From: Fonticula alba ATCC 38817
Taxonomy: Eukaryota > Protista > Nucleariida
Direction: 5' to 3' (one strand)
DNA length: 64,000 nt
Assembly (NCBI GenBank): GCA_000388065.2
Contig: KB932209.1
The notes beneath the pieces were generated by a model. The model was not told the DNA's origin. It did no database searches and worked only from the letters and a program-made list of their open reading frames with translations. Every line of letters begins with the position of its first letter. Positions within the stretch are counted from its first letter, which is position 1. This document shows positions 22,801-36,100 of the stretch, piece after piece. The translations under genes and the position numbers were made by a program.

Positions 22801-25382
22801 GACTTGCTGACTTTCAGCATGGAAACCGGGCCGGTGTCTTTGTCCTTGGCATTGCTGTGCCCGCCTGGCACGGCAGGCAGCGGGTGTGGTGCCTGCCACG
22901 AGACATGCACCGAGTGCGATCGTCCGGCCGACTCCGGAGCCTGCTCTGCCTGCCAACCGGGAATGGCCCTCTTCAACGGGATGTGTCTCAGCCAGTGCCC
23001 GGCCGGGACCTGGACGGATGTCAACACATGCCGAGCCTGCCCGGTCCTCTGTGACAGCTGCCAGTCCGGCGACTCGTGCACAGGCTGCGTGGCCCAGCAT
23101 TTCCTGGCCCCTGGCGGGCTTTGCACGGCATGCCATGGGTCATGCGCCGAGTGTGAGGACGCCTCCAGCTGCCTGTCCTGCCAGCCGGGGCTGGTATTCC
23201 TCGGGGCCGATGTGCAGGTGCCGTCCCTGTGCGGGGGGGCCTGCCTGCCGGGCCAGTANNNNNNNNNNNNNNNNNNNNNNNNNNNNNNNNNNNNNNNNNN
23301 NNNNNNNNNNNNNNNNNNNNNNNNNNNNNNNNNNNNNNNNNNNNNNNNNNNNNNNNNNNNNNNNNNNNNNNNNNNNNNNNNNNNNNNNNNNNNNNNNNNN
23401 NNNNNNNNNNNNNNNNNNNNNNNNNNNNNNNNNNNNNNNNNNNNNNNNNNNNNNNNNNNNNNNNNNNNNNNNNNNNNNNNNNNNNNNNNNNNNNNNNNNN
23501 NNNNNNNNNNNNNNNNNNNNNNNNNNNNNNNNNNNNNNNNNNNNNNNNNNNNNNNNNNNNNNNNNNNNNNNNNNNNNNNNNNNNNNNNNNNNNNNNNNNN
23601 NNNNNNNNNNNNNNNNNNNNNNNNNNNNNNNNNNNNNNNNNNNNNNNNNNNNNNNNNNNNNNNNNNNNNNNNNNNNNNNNNNNNNNNNNNNNNNNNNNNN
23701 NNNNNNNNNNNNNNNNNNNNNNNNNNNNNNNNNNNNNNNNNNNNNNNNNNNNNNNNNNNNNNNNNNNNNNNNNNNNNNNNNNNNNNNNNNNNNNNNNNNN
23801 NNNNNNNNNNNNNGAGCTGCTGGCCCTGCCGACCGGGGCGTCTCCCACGCGGTGTGTGCCGGCCTGCCCGGCGGGCTACCACACCACGGCGTCGGGGTGC
23901 TCGCCGTGTGGGTCCCATTGTGCCAGCTGCCCGGCCTCGGAGGCGTCCTGTGCTCAGTGCGAGCGCGGGTGGCTGCTGGCCAGCCCGGAGTGTGTGTCCT
24001 CCTGCCCGGGCGGCAGTCTGACGCTGGGGAATGTGTGCATCACCTGCCATGGCACCTGCGCCAGCTGCTTTGGCCATGGGCCGAGCCAATGCCTGAGCTG
24101 CAGACCCGGGGCCCCGTTGCTGGTCGATGGTGCCTGCCTCGACGCCTGCCCGGTCGGCACCTTCCAGCAGGGCCAGGCATGCCTGCCGTGCAGCGACGCA
24201 TGTGCCTCCTGCGTGGAGCCGGGGCCGAGCGAGTGCAGCACCTGCCCCGGGAACCGGGTCCTCCTGTCTGGGTCTTGCATTGCCGGCTGTGCGGATGGCT
24301 TCTTCGTCGAAGGGGGCATTTGTCTCGAGTGCCACGCGGCCTGTGCCATGTGCGCCGATGGCAGGACCTGTACAAGATGCAAGGGGTCGGCCTTGGTCGG
24401 TCCCACGGGGGCCTGCGTGTCGACCTGCCCGGTTGGCTGGCGTGCATGCCCGGACTCGGGCCAATGCCTGGCATGCCCGGCCCACTGCGTGGAATGCATG
24501 TCGGCCGATGGGGCCTGCACGGGCGTCTGTACGTCGTGCGAGGAGGGCTTTGTCCTGGCCTCCGGCCAATGCCGGGAGCAGTGTCCGATCGGGGAGTTCC
24601 TGCGGCCGGGGGCCGACACCTGCCAGCCCTGCGACGCTCCCTGCCACACGTGCATCGGAGTGGCCAACCGCTGCACGAGCTGCGCTTCGGGGCTCCTGCG
24701 CCCGGAGGAGGGAACCTGCGTGTCGGCTTGCCCGGCCGCCGAAGCCCCGGTGGAGGGCGCGTGCCTCAAGTGCTTTGCCGGGTGTGACCAGTGCGAGGCC
24801 GGTGTCGGCCAGCCCGGCTGTCGGTCGCTTGGCGGTCATTTGGCCGACTGCCCGGAGATCATCTCCTGCAAGGCATGCAGTCCGGGGCTGCTGCTGCTCG
24901 GGGGGAACACCTGCGTCGATGGCTGCCCGACTGGTCACTATGCCGATGTGGAAGGCTGGCCGCATGGGTGTGTGCCCTGTCACCCGAGCTGCGCCGGCTC
25001 CTGTGCCGGGGCCGGTGTTGATGGTTGCGTGTCGCCCTCCGGGCCGGGGTCCTCGCGCGTCGGCCTGGCTGTCGGCCTTGCATTGGGGCTGCTCCTGTTG
25101 TTGATCCTCCTCATCTTGGTGGTGCTGTGTCTCATCCGCCGGCGCCGCCAGAGGGGCGGTGCCCTGGGCAAGGCCCCTCACGATGAGGATGCCACCATGC
25201 TGAACACCATCGTGGAGCTGGCCCTGCCCGGGGCCATCCTGGTCGGTGTCGACACGGACTTCCGGCCGCTGGATGAGCAGCTGGGCACCGGGACCCAGGC
25301 ATCGGTCTATGCGGCGCAGGCGGTGGGCACGGGGATCATGGCGCGCCTGGGCTGTCCGGATGTCGTGGCCGTGAAGAGGATG
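19882..25382 (+). CDS. Receptor-like kinase 2 (paralog); join(19882..21244,21356..>25382); internal gap 23259..23813; most of the kinase domain lies in gap 25383..26253
   Basis: Signal peptide LMLFPLVLLLLLVATTSRG; EFRWGAFF module; phase-1 intron GTATGT(21245)..CAG(21355); furin-like repeats; TM VGLAVGLALGLLLLLILLILVVLCLI then RRRRQR; DEDATMLNTIVELALPG; GTGTQASV...VAVKRM, then Ns. Confidence 0.85.
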
Positions 25383-26867
25383 NNNNNNNNNNNNNNNNNN
25401 NNNNNNNNNNNNNNNNNNNNNNNNNNNNNNNNNNNNNNNNNNNNNNNNNNNNNNNNNNNNNNNNNNNNNNNNNNNNNNNNNNNNNNNNNNNNNNNNNNNN
25501 NNNNNNNNNNNNNNNNNNNNNNNNNNNNNNNNNNNNNNNNNNNNNNNNNNNNNNNNNNNNNNNNNNNNNNNNNNNNNNNNNNNNNNNNNNNNNNNNNNNN
25601 NNNNNNNNNNNNNNNNNNNNNNNNNNNNNNNNNNNNNNNNNNNNNNNNNNNNNNNNNNNNNNNNNNNNNNNNNNNNNNNNNNNNNNNNNNNNNNNNNNNN
25701 NNNNNNNNNNNNNNNNNNNNNNNNNNNNNNNNNNNNNNNNNNNNNNNNNNNNNNNNNNNNNNNNNNNNNNNNNNNNNNNNNNNNNNNNNNNNNNNNNNNN
25801 NNNNNNNNNNNNNNNNNNNNNNNNNNNNNNNNNNNNNNNNNNNNNNNNNNNNNNNNNNNNNNNNNNNNNNNNNNNNNNNNNNNNNNNNNNNNNNNNNNNN
25901 NNNNNNNNNNNNNNNNNNNNNNNNNNNNNNNNNNNNNNNNNNNNNNNNNNNNNNNNNNNNNNNNNNNNNNNNNNNNNNNNNNNNNNNNNNNNNNNNNNNN
26001 NNNNNNNNNNNNNNNNNNNNNNNNNNNNNNNNNNNNNNNNNNNNNNNNNNNNNNNNNNNNNNNNNNNNNNNNNNNNNNNNNNNNNNNNNNNNNNNNNNNN
26101 NNNNNNNNNNNNNNNNNNNNNNNNNNNNNNNNNNNNNNNNNNNNNNNNNNNNNNNNNNNNNNNNNNNNNNNNNNNNNNNNNNNNNNNNNNNNNNNNNNNN
26201 NNNNNNNNNNNNNNNNNNNNNNNNNNNNNNNNNNNNNNNNNNNNNNNNNNNNNGAAAAAACATTCAGGGGGTCCAATGCCGACCTGCCCCACCTCCTTCA
26301 CCCGCCCTCCCCTGTTCCACCTGGCCGGTCGGCACTCATAGAAAGTGGGCGAGCGGTGCCGACGCACACCCTGGACAATACCTCCACGCTGGGTTCTTGT
26401 GGAACCTCCCCCCCCCTCCTCCCCTAAGCCCACGCCCGGGCCTGTTGTCCACTCTGGGCTATGTGCCCACGTGCGGTATGTCCGTGTGTTTGTGTGCACC
26501 TGGAGATGCGACCTGAATAATGGGCATCGTACGAGCGAGCGGGGCTCGCCCAGGAATTCGCTGACATCCCCCGGCCTCGGTTTACGTGCCCCCGCCCCCT
26601 GGTGGCCTGACCCAATTGCGGACCTCGAGTTACCCTCCCCGACGGCCCCAAAGGTAGGGCCGAGACTCGGACCGACAAATAGAGTAAACAGAAGGGGCGC
26701 CAGTGTGAATGCATCTGGCGTGTGCTTGGCTACTCCTCTCAGCCTTAGTGCTGATCCCCCTGCCCCCTCCTCCTCGCCTCCCTCGCTTCCCTCGCTTCCC
26801 TCGCCTCCTTTTGCTCCAGGATTTGTGCCACCCGTCCGACTGCGCATGGAATAGGCGCGGGGCTAGA

Positions 26868-29800
26868 ATGGCCATCTCGCGCGCCTCCCGGTGCCCATGG
26901 CCCGGTCCCCTTCTTCGGCACTGTCCGCTGCGGATGCTGCCGCTGCTGGTGGGGGTCCTGCTGTCGGTGTTGCTTTCTGCGCGTGGGGAGGGGACCTTCC
27001 TCCAAAGGGCCAAGCATCCCGTTTTGTCGACTGAATGGCCTGCATTCTCTTCGACCCATCCCCAGGCAGCCTCTATGATGTGGATTCTCCAGGACGATAT
27101 GGTCTTCCTGGGCTATCAGCAGGCCGACATGCTGAGCGACATCCCGGAAGTCCGGTGGGGGACCTTTTTCAGGTTGCCCAGTCAAAAGTTTTCCGTCGGT
27201 GCCCCGGGCCAGATACAAAGCCCGAGTTACATGCTTCTGCCGGTGGAGGGGGATCCGCTTCCGGAGTTAGTCTGGCACAATTCATCCATCGTGTCGTTGT
27301 TTACCTCGTCTCACCAGTTTTCCCTGCCGGCTCCGGGCATCGAGCTTCTTGCTGGATTTGCTCTTGAAGCCGGCAGAGTGGTTCTTCTGGGCCAGACAAA
27401 GGCCATTGACACGTTCCGTCGGCTCTACACAGTCATTTTGGGACCGACCGGCCATACTGCCGACGAATTCCTGCCCGAAATGATGTGGACCGACCACCTT
27501 GTCACCGTCGGCTGGATGTGGTCCTTCTACGTGGCCCACCAAAGGGATATACTGCATCTGTTCTATGATGGTGGGCTGCGACTTGAAGTGCATCGTCTCG
27601 AGCTGCCTGCCGATGCTCTGGACCTGGTGGCCACGCGACTTGTTTCTCCGGCGGAAAGCTGTCCAGGCTGGTCGGATCTGGTTGTCCTGACGGCCGAGGG
27701 CACCCTCGAGGTCTTCCTCTGCCTCGGTCCGGAATCCCCCCGGAGCATCGTGTCAGAACGGCTGCCAAGCGGCACACATTTGGCCGGGGCCCGGTTGCTG
27801 GCCCCACGGGCAGATGCTCTGGCCCTTGATCCAGGGCCCCTGTACCTGATCGCGCCGCACTCGCTGCAGCAGGCTGACCGTCTGTGGAAGCTCCTCATCA
27901 AAGACCAAATACTCAGTTGGCAGCGGCTCATTTTGCCGGATGCCGGCTTGCGCGATATGGGGTCGGGGTTTCCGGAGTTGCTGCGGTTGCGTGTGGTGGC
28001 TGATCATCCCCCTATTTGGACCTTGGTCCTGAATCGGCATGTGCTATTTGAGGCCGAGCATTTCGCTTGCGCCAGCGACGATACCATCGATTGTGGCTCT
28101 TCCGCGTCAGGCTCCTCGGCTGACGGCTGGTCATGCGTCGGTAGCCGTGCTGGGTCCCCCTTTGTCGCCAGTGAGCAGCTGTGTCCCGGGTGTGCGAATG
28201 GGTACTTCCTGGATCGTCAGAGTGGTGCGCCTGCCTGTGCTGGCTGTCTCTTGCCATCATCTCCCGGCCCTTGCTCCTGCTTGGCTCGCTTGGTCATCAT
28301 GATGACTCGGCCATTGTCCCGTTGACTGACAATATCAATGGCTCCGGCCCTCTTGCCTGGCCTGGTGCCCTTTGCCCTTGACATTTTGCCCCCCCCCCCC
28401 CCCCCCCCTCCCGCCCCCCTCAGGTGGTGGGACCTCCCCTTCTGGGAGCCAAGCGTGCATCCCGTGCCACCAGGCCAACTGTGACACCTGTTTCAAGAGC
28501 AACTGCCTGGTGTGCGCCCCTGGCTTCCTGCTGGAAGCCCGACCCGACGATGGCACGACGGTCTGTGTGGCCACCTGCTCGGCGGGCCTCGTCGGGATGG
28601 AGGGAAGCTGTCGGCCGGTGGATTCCCTGCAGCTCGCTGGCAGGGTGGGTGCATGGGAGATGGATCTGGCTCCCGGGGAAGTGATCACTGCCCTCGCGAG
28701 CACCCGGCTCCTGGTCGACGACTCGTCAGGTCAGTTGATTTTGCCGGCAGCCGGATCGGCTTCCGGCCTGCTGGCTTTTAGCACGTCGGCCAAGGCCCTC
28801 TTTTGGATGGCCAATCAGCCGGGTTTCTCGATCGCCGCTCCGGCCCGGCGTGTGCTGTCTTTTACGCCGCCACTCATGCATGAGATTGTCCACTTGGCCG
28901 AGGTGGGCCCCTTCTCGATGGGCAGCCAGCGATCGCACCTGCTGGTCATGTGCGACAAGAACCAGGAAGTCTTCCTCGGTTGGCTGGTCTGCTCCATGGC
29001 CGAGAGCTGCACGCCGGGGCCGGTTGCCTCGCTGCTGTCGCCGGGGCTGGCGGATTGCGTGGGGGTTCGGCAAATCAGCGTCGATGTCATTCTGATCGAC
29101 CGGGCCGATGGGCAGCTGACATTCCTCCAGGCGCAACCGGCCACCCGGACCCATGTCCTGTGGGCCACATCCGGAGCGGGTGCTGTGGTCCTGTCTGCTC
29201 GGGGCACCAGCCGCGCGGATCGGGCCCCGGAAGACTGGCTGGTGTGGGGCAGCCTGCATGGGAAGGTCACTGCCAGCCCGATTGCCCTTGCCTTGGAGGG
29301 CAGTGCGTCCGACTCGCGGCTGGCGGTGCGGGATGAGGGTTTCCTGGCCGGCAGCTCATCGAATGATGCCGGGCTCATGCCGGTGTTGCTCCCACGACCG
29401 GGCAGCATCCCGGAATTGGTCTTCTCCCAGGTGTTTGGCGTGGATTGGATAGTCCGGCACACGCCGGGAGACCTGTTGCCGGCTGGGCGATCCACACAAC
29501 TGCCCTTTTTCCAGGAACATCTCGGGACCCTGCCAGAGGAAATCAGCCCAGCGGCCGCCATCGGGCCGAGCATTCTCCTCCAGGGCCTGGCCCTCGAGGG
29601 AGGGGATCCCCACTTTCCGAGCATCCTACTCATGCTGACCCGTACTTTCATCGGGGCATCTGTGCTGCATTGCCCTGGCGGCGTATTCGGCCCGTGTGCT
29701 CTGCAGCCGGCATCCTTCATTGTGCTGCCTGTCTCGCGGCAGATCCCGGAAAGTAGTCCCTTTTGGTCGCCGGCCATTGAGCAACTGCCCGCCGCTCGGT

Positions 29801-32800
29801 CGGCTGGGGGTTCCATGCATTCGGCCAGCACGTCCCAGTTGCCGGAGGTGTTGCTCTTTGCGCCGGACACCGGGGCCATGGTCCTGTCGCTGAGTGCAAG
29901 CTGTCCGGCCGGGCAATTTGGCATCCCTTGCCAGAATTGAGATCAGAGTTGCGCCACTTGCAGCGGGCCCGGGCCCGAAGCGTGTACTTTTTGTCATGAG
30001 GACAAGTGGCTTTTAAATGGCAGGTGCCTTGACGATTGTACCGATGGCACGTGGCCTTACCACGGAAATGGCGTGTGCCTGTCCTGCCAGTCGTTCTGTA
30101 CTACATGCACCACGGCGTCCACCTGCACAGGCTGCGTGGCCCGGCATTTCCTGGCCCCTGGCGGGCATTGCACGGCATGCCATGGGTCATGCGCCGAGTG
30201 TGAGGACGCTTCCAGCTGCCTGTCCTGCCAGCCGGGGCTGGTATTCCTCGGGGCCGATGTGCAGGTGCCGTCCCTGTGCGGGGGGGCCTGCCTGCCGGGC
30301 CAGTANNNNNNNNNNNNNNNNNNNNNNNNNNNNNNNNNNNNNNNNNNNNNNNNNNNNNNNNNNNNNNNNNNNNNNNNNNNNNNNNNNNNNNNNNNNNNNN
30401 NNNNNNNNNNNNNNNNNNNNNNNNNNNNNNNNNNNNNNNNNNNNNNNNNNNNNNNNNNNNNNNNNNNNNNNNNNNNNNNNNNNNNNNNNNNNNNNNNNNN
30501 NNNNNNNNNNNNNNNNNNNNNNNNNNNNNNNNNNNNNNNNNNNNNNNNNNNNNNNNNNNNNNNNNNNNNNNNNNNNNNNNNNNNNNNNNNNNNNNNNNNN
30601 NNNNNNNNNNNNNNNNNNNNNNNNNNNNNNNNNNNNNNNNNNNNNNNNNNNNNNNNNNNNNNNNNNNNNNNNNNNNNNNNNNNNNNNNNNNNNNNNNNNN
30701 NNNNNNNNNNNNNNNNNNNNNNNNNNNNNNNNNNNNNNNNNNNNNNNNNNNNNNNNNNNNNNNNNNNNNNNNNNNNNNNNNNNNNNNNNNNNNNNNNNNN
30801 NNNNNNNNNNNNNNNNNNNNNNNNNNNNNNNNNNNNNNNNNNNNNNNNNNNNNNNNNNNNNNNNNNNNNNNNNNNNNNNNNNNNNNNNNNNNNNNNNNNN
30901 NNNNNNNNNNNNNNNNNNNNNNNNNNNNNNNNNNNNNNNNNNNNNNNNNNNNNNNNNNNNNNNNNNNNNNNNNNNNNNNNNNNNNNNNNNNNNNNNNNNN
31001 NNNNNNNNNNNNNNNNNNNNNNNNNCCACCTGCCACGGGACGTGTGCCACATGCTACGGCCCGGGGGACAACAACTGCCTCTCCTGCGGCTCGAGCGCCC
31101 CGGTTCTGGTTGATGGCCGCTGTGTGACGGCGTGCCCCCTGGACACCTACCAGAGTGGGGGCACCTGCTATGCCTGCAGCCCGACATGTGCCTCCTGCTC
31201 GGGGCCCGGCCTCTCCGCGTGCACCGCGTGCTCGGGCGACCGGGCCCTGCTTGGGGGCGAGTGCCTGCTGGATTGCCCGGATGGGTACTTCGCCGAGGCC
31301 GACCATTGCGCCCTGTGCCATGGATCCTGCGCCACGTGCAGCAGCCGGGACGTCTGCACCTCGTGCAAGGGCCAGGATATGCTCCAACCGGATGGGCTGT
31401 GTGCCGCTGGCTGCCCGGAAGGGTGGGGTGCCTGCCCGGCCACGAACAAGTGCACGGCTTGTCCGGCGCAATGTGCGCAGTGCGAGCCCTCCGGTCCGTC
31501 GTGCGACATGGTCTGCACCAAGTGCAAGGCCACCTTCTTCCTGTCCTCCGGCGCCTGCCATGGGTCCTGCCCGGCCGGGGAGTTTGCGGCCCCGGGGTCG
31601 GGCATTTGTCAGGCCTGTGACAGCGCCTGCCGGAGCTGCTTCGGGTCGGCAAGCTTCTGCACCGGCTGCGATGGGGGGCTCCTCCATCTGGACGAGGGGG
31701 TCTGTGTGTCGGCCTGCCCGAGTGCCTCGGCGCCGGTGGGCGGGGTATGCCTCCACTGCCTTGACAAGTGCGAGCAGTGCGAGCCGGCCGCCGACCAGCC
31801 CCAGTGTGCGATCCGGGCCGATGGGGCGCTCGAATGCCCGGAAATTGCCACCTGCAGTGCATGCGTCTCCGGGCACCTCCTGCTCGGGGGGGCCGCCTGT
31901 GTGGAGGTGTGCCCGGCCGGCTACTTCGCCGATCTTGACGGCCAGCCGGCCGTCTGTGCTCCCTGCCACGCGAGCTGCACCGACTCCTGTCTGGGGCCGG
32001 GGGAAGATGAGTGCACGTATCCCCGCAGGAACAGCAAGTTTGTCCTGGGCCTGGCCGTGGGTCTGTCGGTGGGGCTGCTGCTGCTGCTGATCTTGCTGAT
32101 CCTGGTGGTGCTGTTCCTCATCCGCCGGCGCCGCCAGAGGGGCGGTGCCCTCGGCAAGACCCCTCATGATGAGGATGCCACCATGCTGAACACCATCGTG
32201 GAGCTGGCCCTGCCCGGGGCCATCTTGGTGAATGTGGATCTTGATTTCCGGCCGATGGACAAGACCCTCGGTGCAGGGACCCAAGCGAGTGTGTATGTTG
32301 CGCAGACAGTCGGCTCCGACATGGTGGCCCGGCTGGGCTGCCCGGATATTGTGGCCATCAAGAAGATGAAGTCTCAAGACACGAAGCCCCTGCATGTGGC
32401 CATGTTCCAGAATGAGGTGGCCCTGATGTGGCTGCTCCGGGAGCATGGGAACATCGTGCGCCTCTTCGGGTACAGCCAGTCGCCGCCGGCCATTGTGATG
32501 GAGCGCTATGACACGGACCTGGCCACGCTGCTGCATTCGGCGGTGGAGCTGTCGGCCGTTCAGCTGCTGGACATCTGCCAGCAGTGGGCCTCCGGGCTGG
32601 AGGCCATGCATGCCAATGGGGTGGCCCATTGCGACCTGAAGCCGGGCAATGTCTTTGCCAGCCAGCGCCCGGACGGGGGCTGGCGCGTGGCCCTCGGGGA
32701 TTTGGGGACCAGCAAAAATCTGAGTGCCGACCGGTCGTCGGCCCTCATCCTGACCATGCCCAAGCTGAATGCCCTGAGCGCCCGGTACGCGGCGCCGGAG

Positions 32801-33115
32801 CTGCTGGCGGCCGTCCGTCGAGGCACTGCGCTCGAGCAGCACCTCCTCTTCCCGGCAGACATCTATGCTGCGGCCATTTTGCTGAATGAGTGTCTGTCGC
32901 GGACCATCCCCTGGGATGGGCTGAGCCTGCAGCAGATCTCGGATGCGGTGCAGGTGGGCGATCGTCCGCCAGTTGGCGGAGATCCTCCAGCTGGCTTGAT
33001 GGACTTGGTGCATGCTGCCTGGCAGCCCGATCCCGAGCGTCGTCCTGCGGCGGCGATCTTCCGCCAGCAATGCTCGGCTTTCTTTGTGGCGGCCGATGGT
33101 CTGTCCCAAGGCTGA
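26868..33115 (+). CDS. Receptor-like kinase 3 (paralog); join(26868..28224,28424..33115) with an in-frame TGA at 29938..29940 and gap 30306..31025; possible pseudogene or recoded gene
   Basis: Signal peptide MLPLLVGVLLSVLLSARG; EVRWGTFF; phase-1 intron GTGCGC(28225)..CAG(28423). The frame continues past the TGA as DQSCATCSGPGPEAC. TM plus a complete kinase with GAGTQASV, VAIK, HCDLKPGN (32627), DLG and YAAPE. Confidence 0.82.
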
Positions 33116-36100
33116 TGCCAGCGTGTGCGGCGCTGCCAGGCGGCGGAGCAGGCCGGTGCGGGGGTGGACCGCATGCAGCACCGGCCCCCCCTCCGGGGAG
33201 GGGCAGGTCACCTATCACCAGCTGCCCTGTGGATGTATCGGTGTCGATGTCCTGCCACGGCCCAGGGGAGCCATGCTGCCATGGAGGTCACGACAGCGGA
33301 AATGCCACGCCCCAGGCTTGTGTCCCAAGCCGGAGTGACCCCATGCTGCCGGGTGGCCAGGCTGCCGCGGAGAATAGACTCCTTTCGCAAGCAAAGCCCC
33401 GAAACTGGTGGTGGCGGTGACAGTCCACCTCGGCGGCAAAGTGGCTTCTGCTCCAGAGCCTTCGCTATGCATGCGCCGGGATCAGAGGAGGCCAGGTGGA
33501 TGGGGGAGGGGGGACGGGGCGGGGCGGAAAGAGGGCATCCTGTCAGACACCCGCCAATCGGGCTGGATGTTCGCCACCAACGGGGAGGGCCCTGGTGCTT
33601 CTTCTTCCGGCGGCTGGGGGGGGGGACGAGGGGGGCCTATTTTCGGCATGAATATACTTATGCCATTAGAAATAGCCTTCAAAAAGGGGATTTTGTCAGG
33701 TCCTGCGTTGTCAATTTTACCCGAGTAGGGCTAATGCGGGGTCGAACATTTTTGGGAACATGTTCCAGGTGCGAAAGACGAGCGCGGGGCGGGGTGTGCC
33801 CGCCGCATGGCTACGAGATGTAATGTCCCGGGCCGAGGGGGGCAAATCGAGCATCCTCGCCCCTGTGTCCTGGTGCGTGCGGATTTTTGGTATGCTGCTT
33901 TTCGCCGGGTCCGGTTGGCCCCGGCGTGCTCTGCCCTCTTCCCCCCCCCCCCCCCCCCCCCCCCGTCGCTCGCTCACTCAGTTCCTGGGAGTTTGAGCTC
34001 CGGTCCCGGGGCCCCAAGAGACCCCAGGGGGAGGATGCACACATGTCGGAGGCTTTGCCTCACCTTCTCGCCCGATCCCTCGCCTGTCCCCCTGTCTCGG
34101 GCTGTTTCGCGCCTTCCGGCCTTTTTTTCCACCGCCGGTGGCGAGCACCGCGGTGCCGAGGATCGGTGTGCGGTGCCACCATGTCAGGTCGGGCAGCGCC
34201 GGCCGGCGCACTACCGGCCCCTACCTCGGGGTTGTGTCGGAGCCGGCCCTTTGGCTGGTGTGCAGCTCCGGGCCCGGGATCCCGTCCTGCGCATTGCTCC
34301 AAGGGCTCCGCCTTCGATTGCCATGCTGTCTGCCTTCTCCAGCGGCCAGGGACGTGTATCTGTGCCGGCGAAAGGCCGGGGCGGGGCCCTGGTACAGGGG
34401 GGGCCTCAGGCCGCGACCCGGGATCACCCGGCTGGCATGTCCCTGGTGGCTCATCCCTGCGGAGCATGGCGCACGCGCGGCAATTCATGCGCCTACATCG
34501 GCAATCCCGGTGCCGGGGGGCCTCATGTCCTTGGTACTTCCCCATCGCTGGGGGGACATCGCCCACAGGCACCGCGAGCACTGGGGGAGCTCTTGACCGG
34601 CGGCTCGAGGCGGACTCCGCCCCCGGCGGGGGATCGAGGCCTTGGCTGGATATCGCTGCGTCGGCCGACGCCAAGCCCATTTTCGGGCCTCATCGGCGGG
34701 GGGGCACCACGCGCGTGGCCCGGGTACGTGGCCACCTTCACACCGACGGGTCTCGGGGCATGGTGTGCCGGGCTGGCTCCTGGCGGACCGGGTTCCGGGA
34801 CTGGCTGTGCATGAGGATGTGACATGCTTGTGTTTGGGCGCTCCGGCGGGCAGTCGCGTCGCCAATGTGGTCCAGGCAGGAGGGCGTGTGCTCCTGTCCC
34901 TGATCACCATGGTGGTTCTGCTCGGACCCCGGGAATGCCCAATGGCGGGCAGCAGTGCGAGCCGTCGGGGGGGGGGGGGGGAGGGACAGGCAAGCCGTGC
35001 TGCCGGTGTGCGATTCAGTTCCGACATCATAGCGGCCGTCGTCGACATGGTGACGCCGCTGCCGGGCATAATGCAGCCGACCAAGATCCGCCCCCTGCCT
35101 GTGCCTGGCGTTGTCCGGGACAGCCACAGGCCGCCCTTGTGGCTGGCCTCGCCCCGGTCGGTGGATCCCTGCAGCCGTTGGTGGAGACTCCGCATCCGAG
35201 CAAGCGGACTGGGGTGCTGGCCAGTCCCCCCGCCAGGGACCCTCACTCGCCTGGCAGGCCTGCCTCGGGCCGGGCGCCGCACGAAGGCGCCGCTTCTTTC
35301 TGGGGTCTGGCAATTCGCTTGGACACGCGGCAGGCGGTTCTTCCACTGCTTGGCGTGTCCCCCCCCCCCCGGCCGCGAAGCCGACCATGGTCGTGTGAGC
35401 GATAGCCTCCTGTCGGCCGACGAGCGCCCCCTCCGGGGGCCGCGTGCCCCGGGCCGAGCCACGTCCTCGGATACGCCCACTGGCGGCCCTTGACCTGGAC
35501 GGCACGACTGGGGCCGACCTCAATGGCTGGAAGGGTGCCCAAGCTCCTTCCCCTCCCTCGCGGTGGCCACTCGCTTTGGGCACCTTCCGGCGGGGCCCTC
35601 CCCCCGTGGGCCTGCACCGGACTCCCCTTGCATATCTGTGGCGCCCGGCACTGTCTGGCCGGCCGGCCGGCCGGCCTGCTGCCGGTGTTGCCGCGCTCGG
35701 TCGATTCATCCATCCGGGCTTTCCGCCGTGCGCGGCTTTGGCCACCGAGTGGTCCCTCCTCGCCCGGCCGGCCAGCCGCCGATTTGGGGGCTTCGCTCAG
35801 GGCCTCTTTCGCCGGGCATTGCGGCCCCCATGGCACATGGCCGCCATGTGCTGTGCCGATGCACGGGCCCGGGGCCGACTTCACAGCGATACACGGTGTT
35901 GTATGTGCAACCAGGGCTCCCGGCCGATTCGGTGGGGCCGCGGGTGGCGGGCCATCCGCGCGGTGGCCAGCCGGTCGGCTTGCCGTTGCCCGGGCAGACC
36001 CACGGTATTTGCCCATCCCCGGGATGTCACCCGGCCTTGCGACTTGTTGTCATGGGCGAGAGCCGGCTGGCGCCGACACCGACGCCTCAGCACCTGGCCG

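Noticed and set aside
33116-33720. SECIS element in the 3' region of kinase 3
   Set aside because: An ATGA and A-rich patch exists near 33648-33690, but I could not build the required GA-quartet helix by eye. Not claimed; needs SECISearch.
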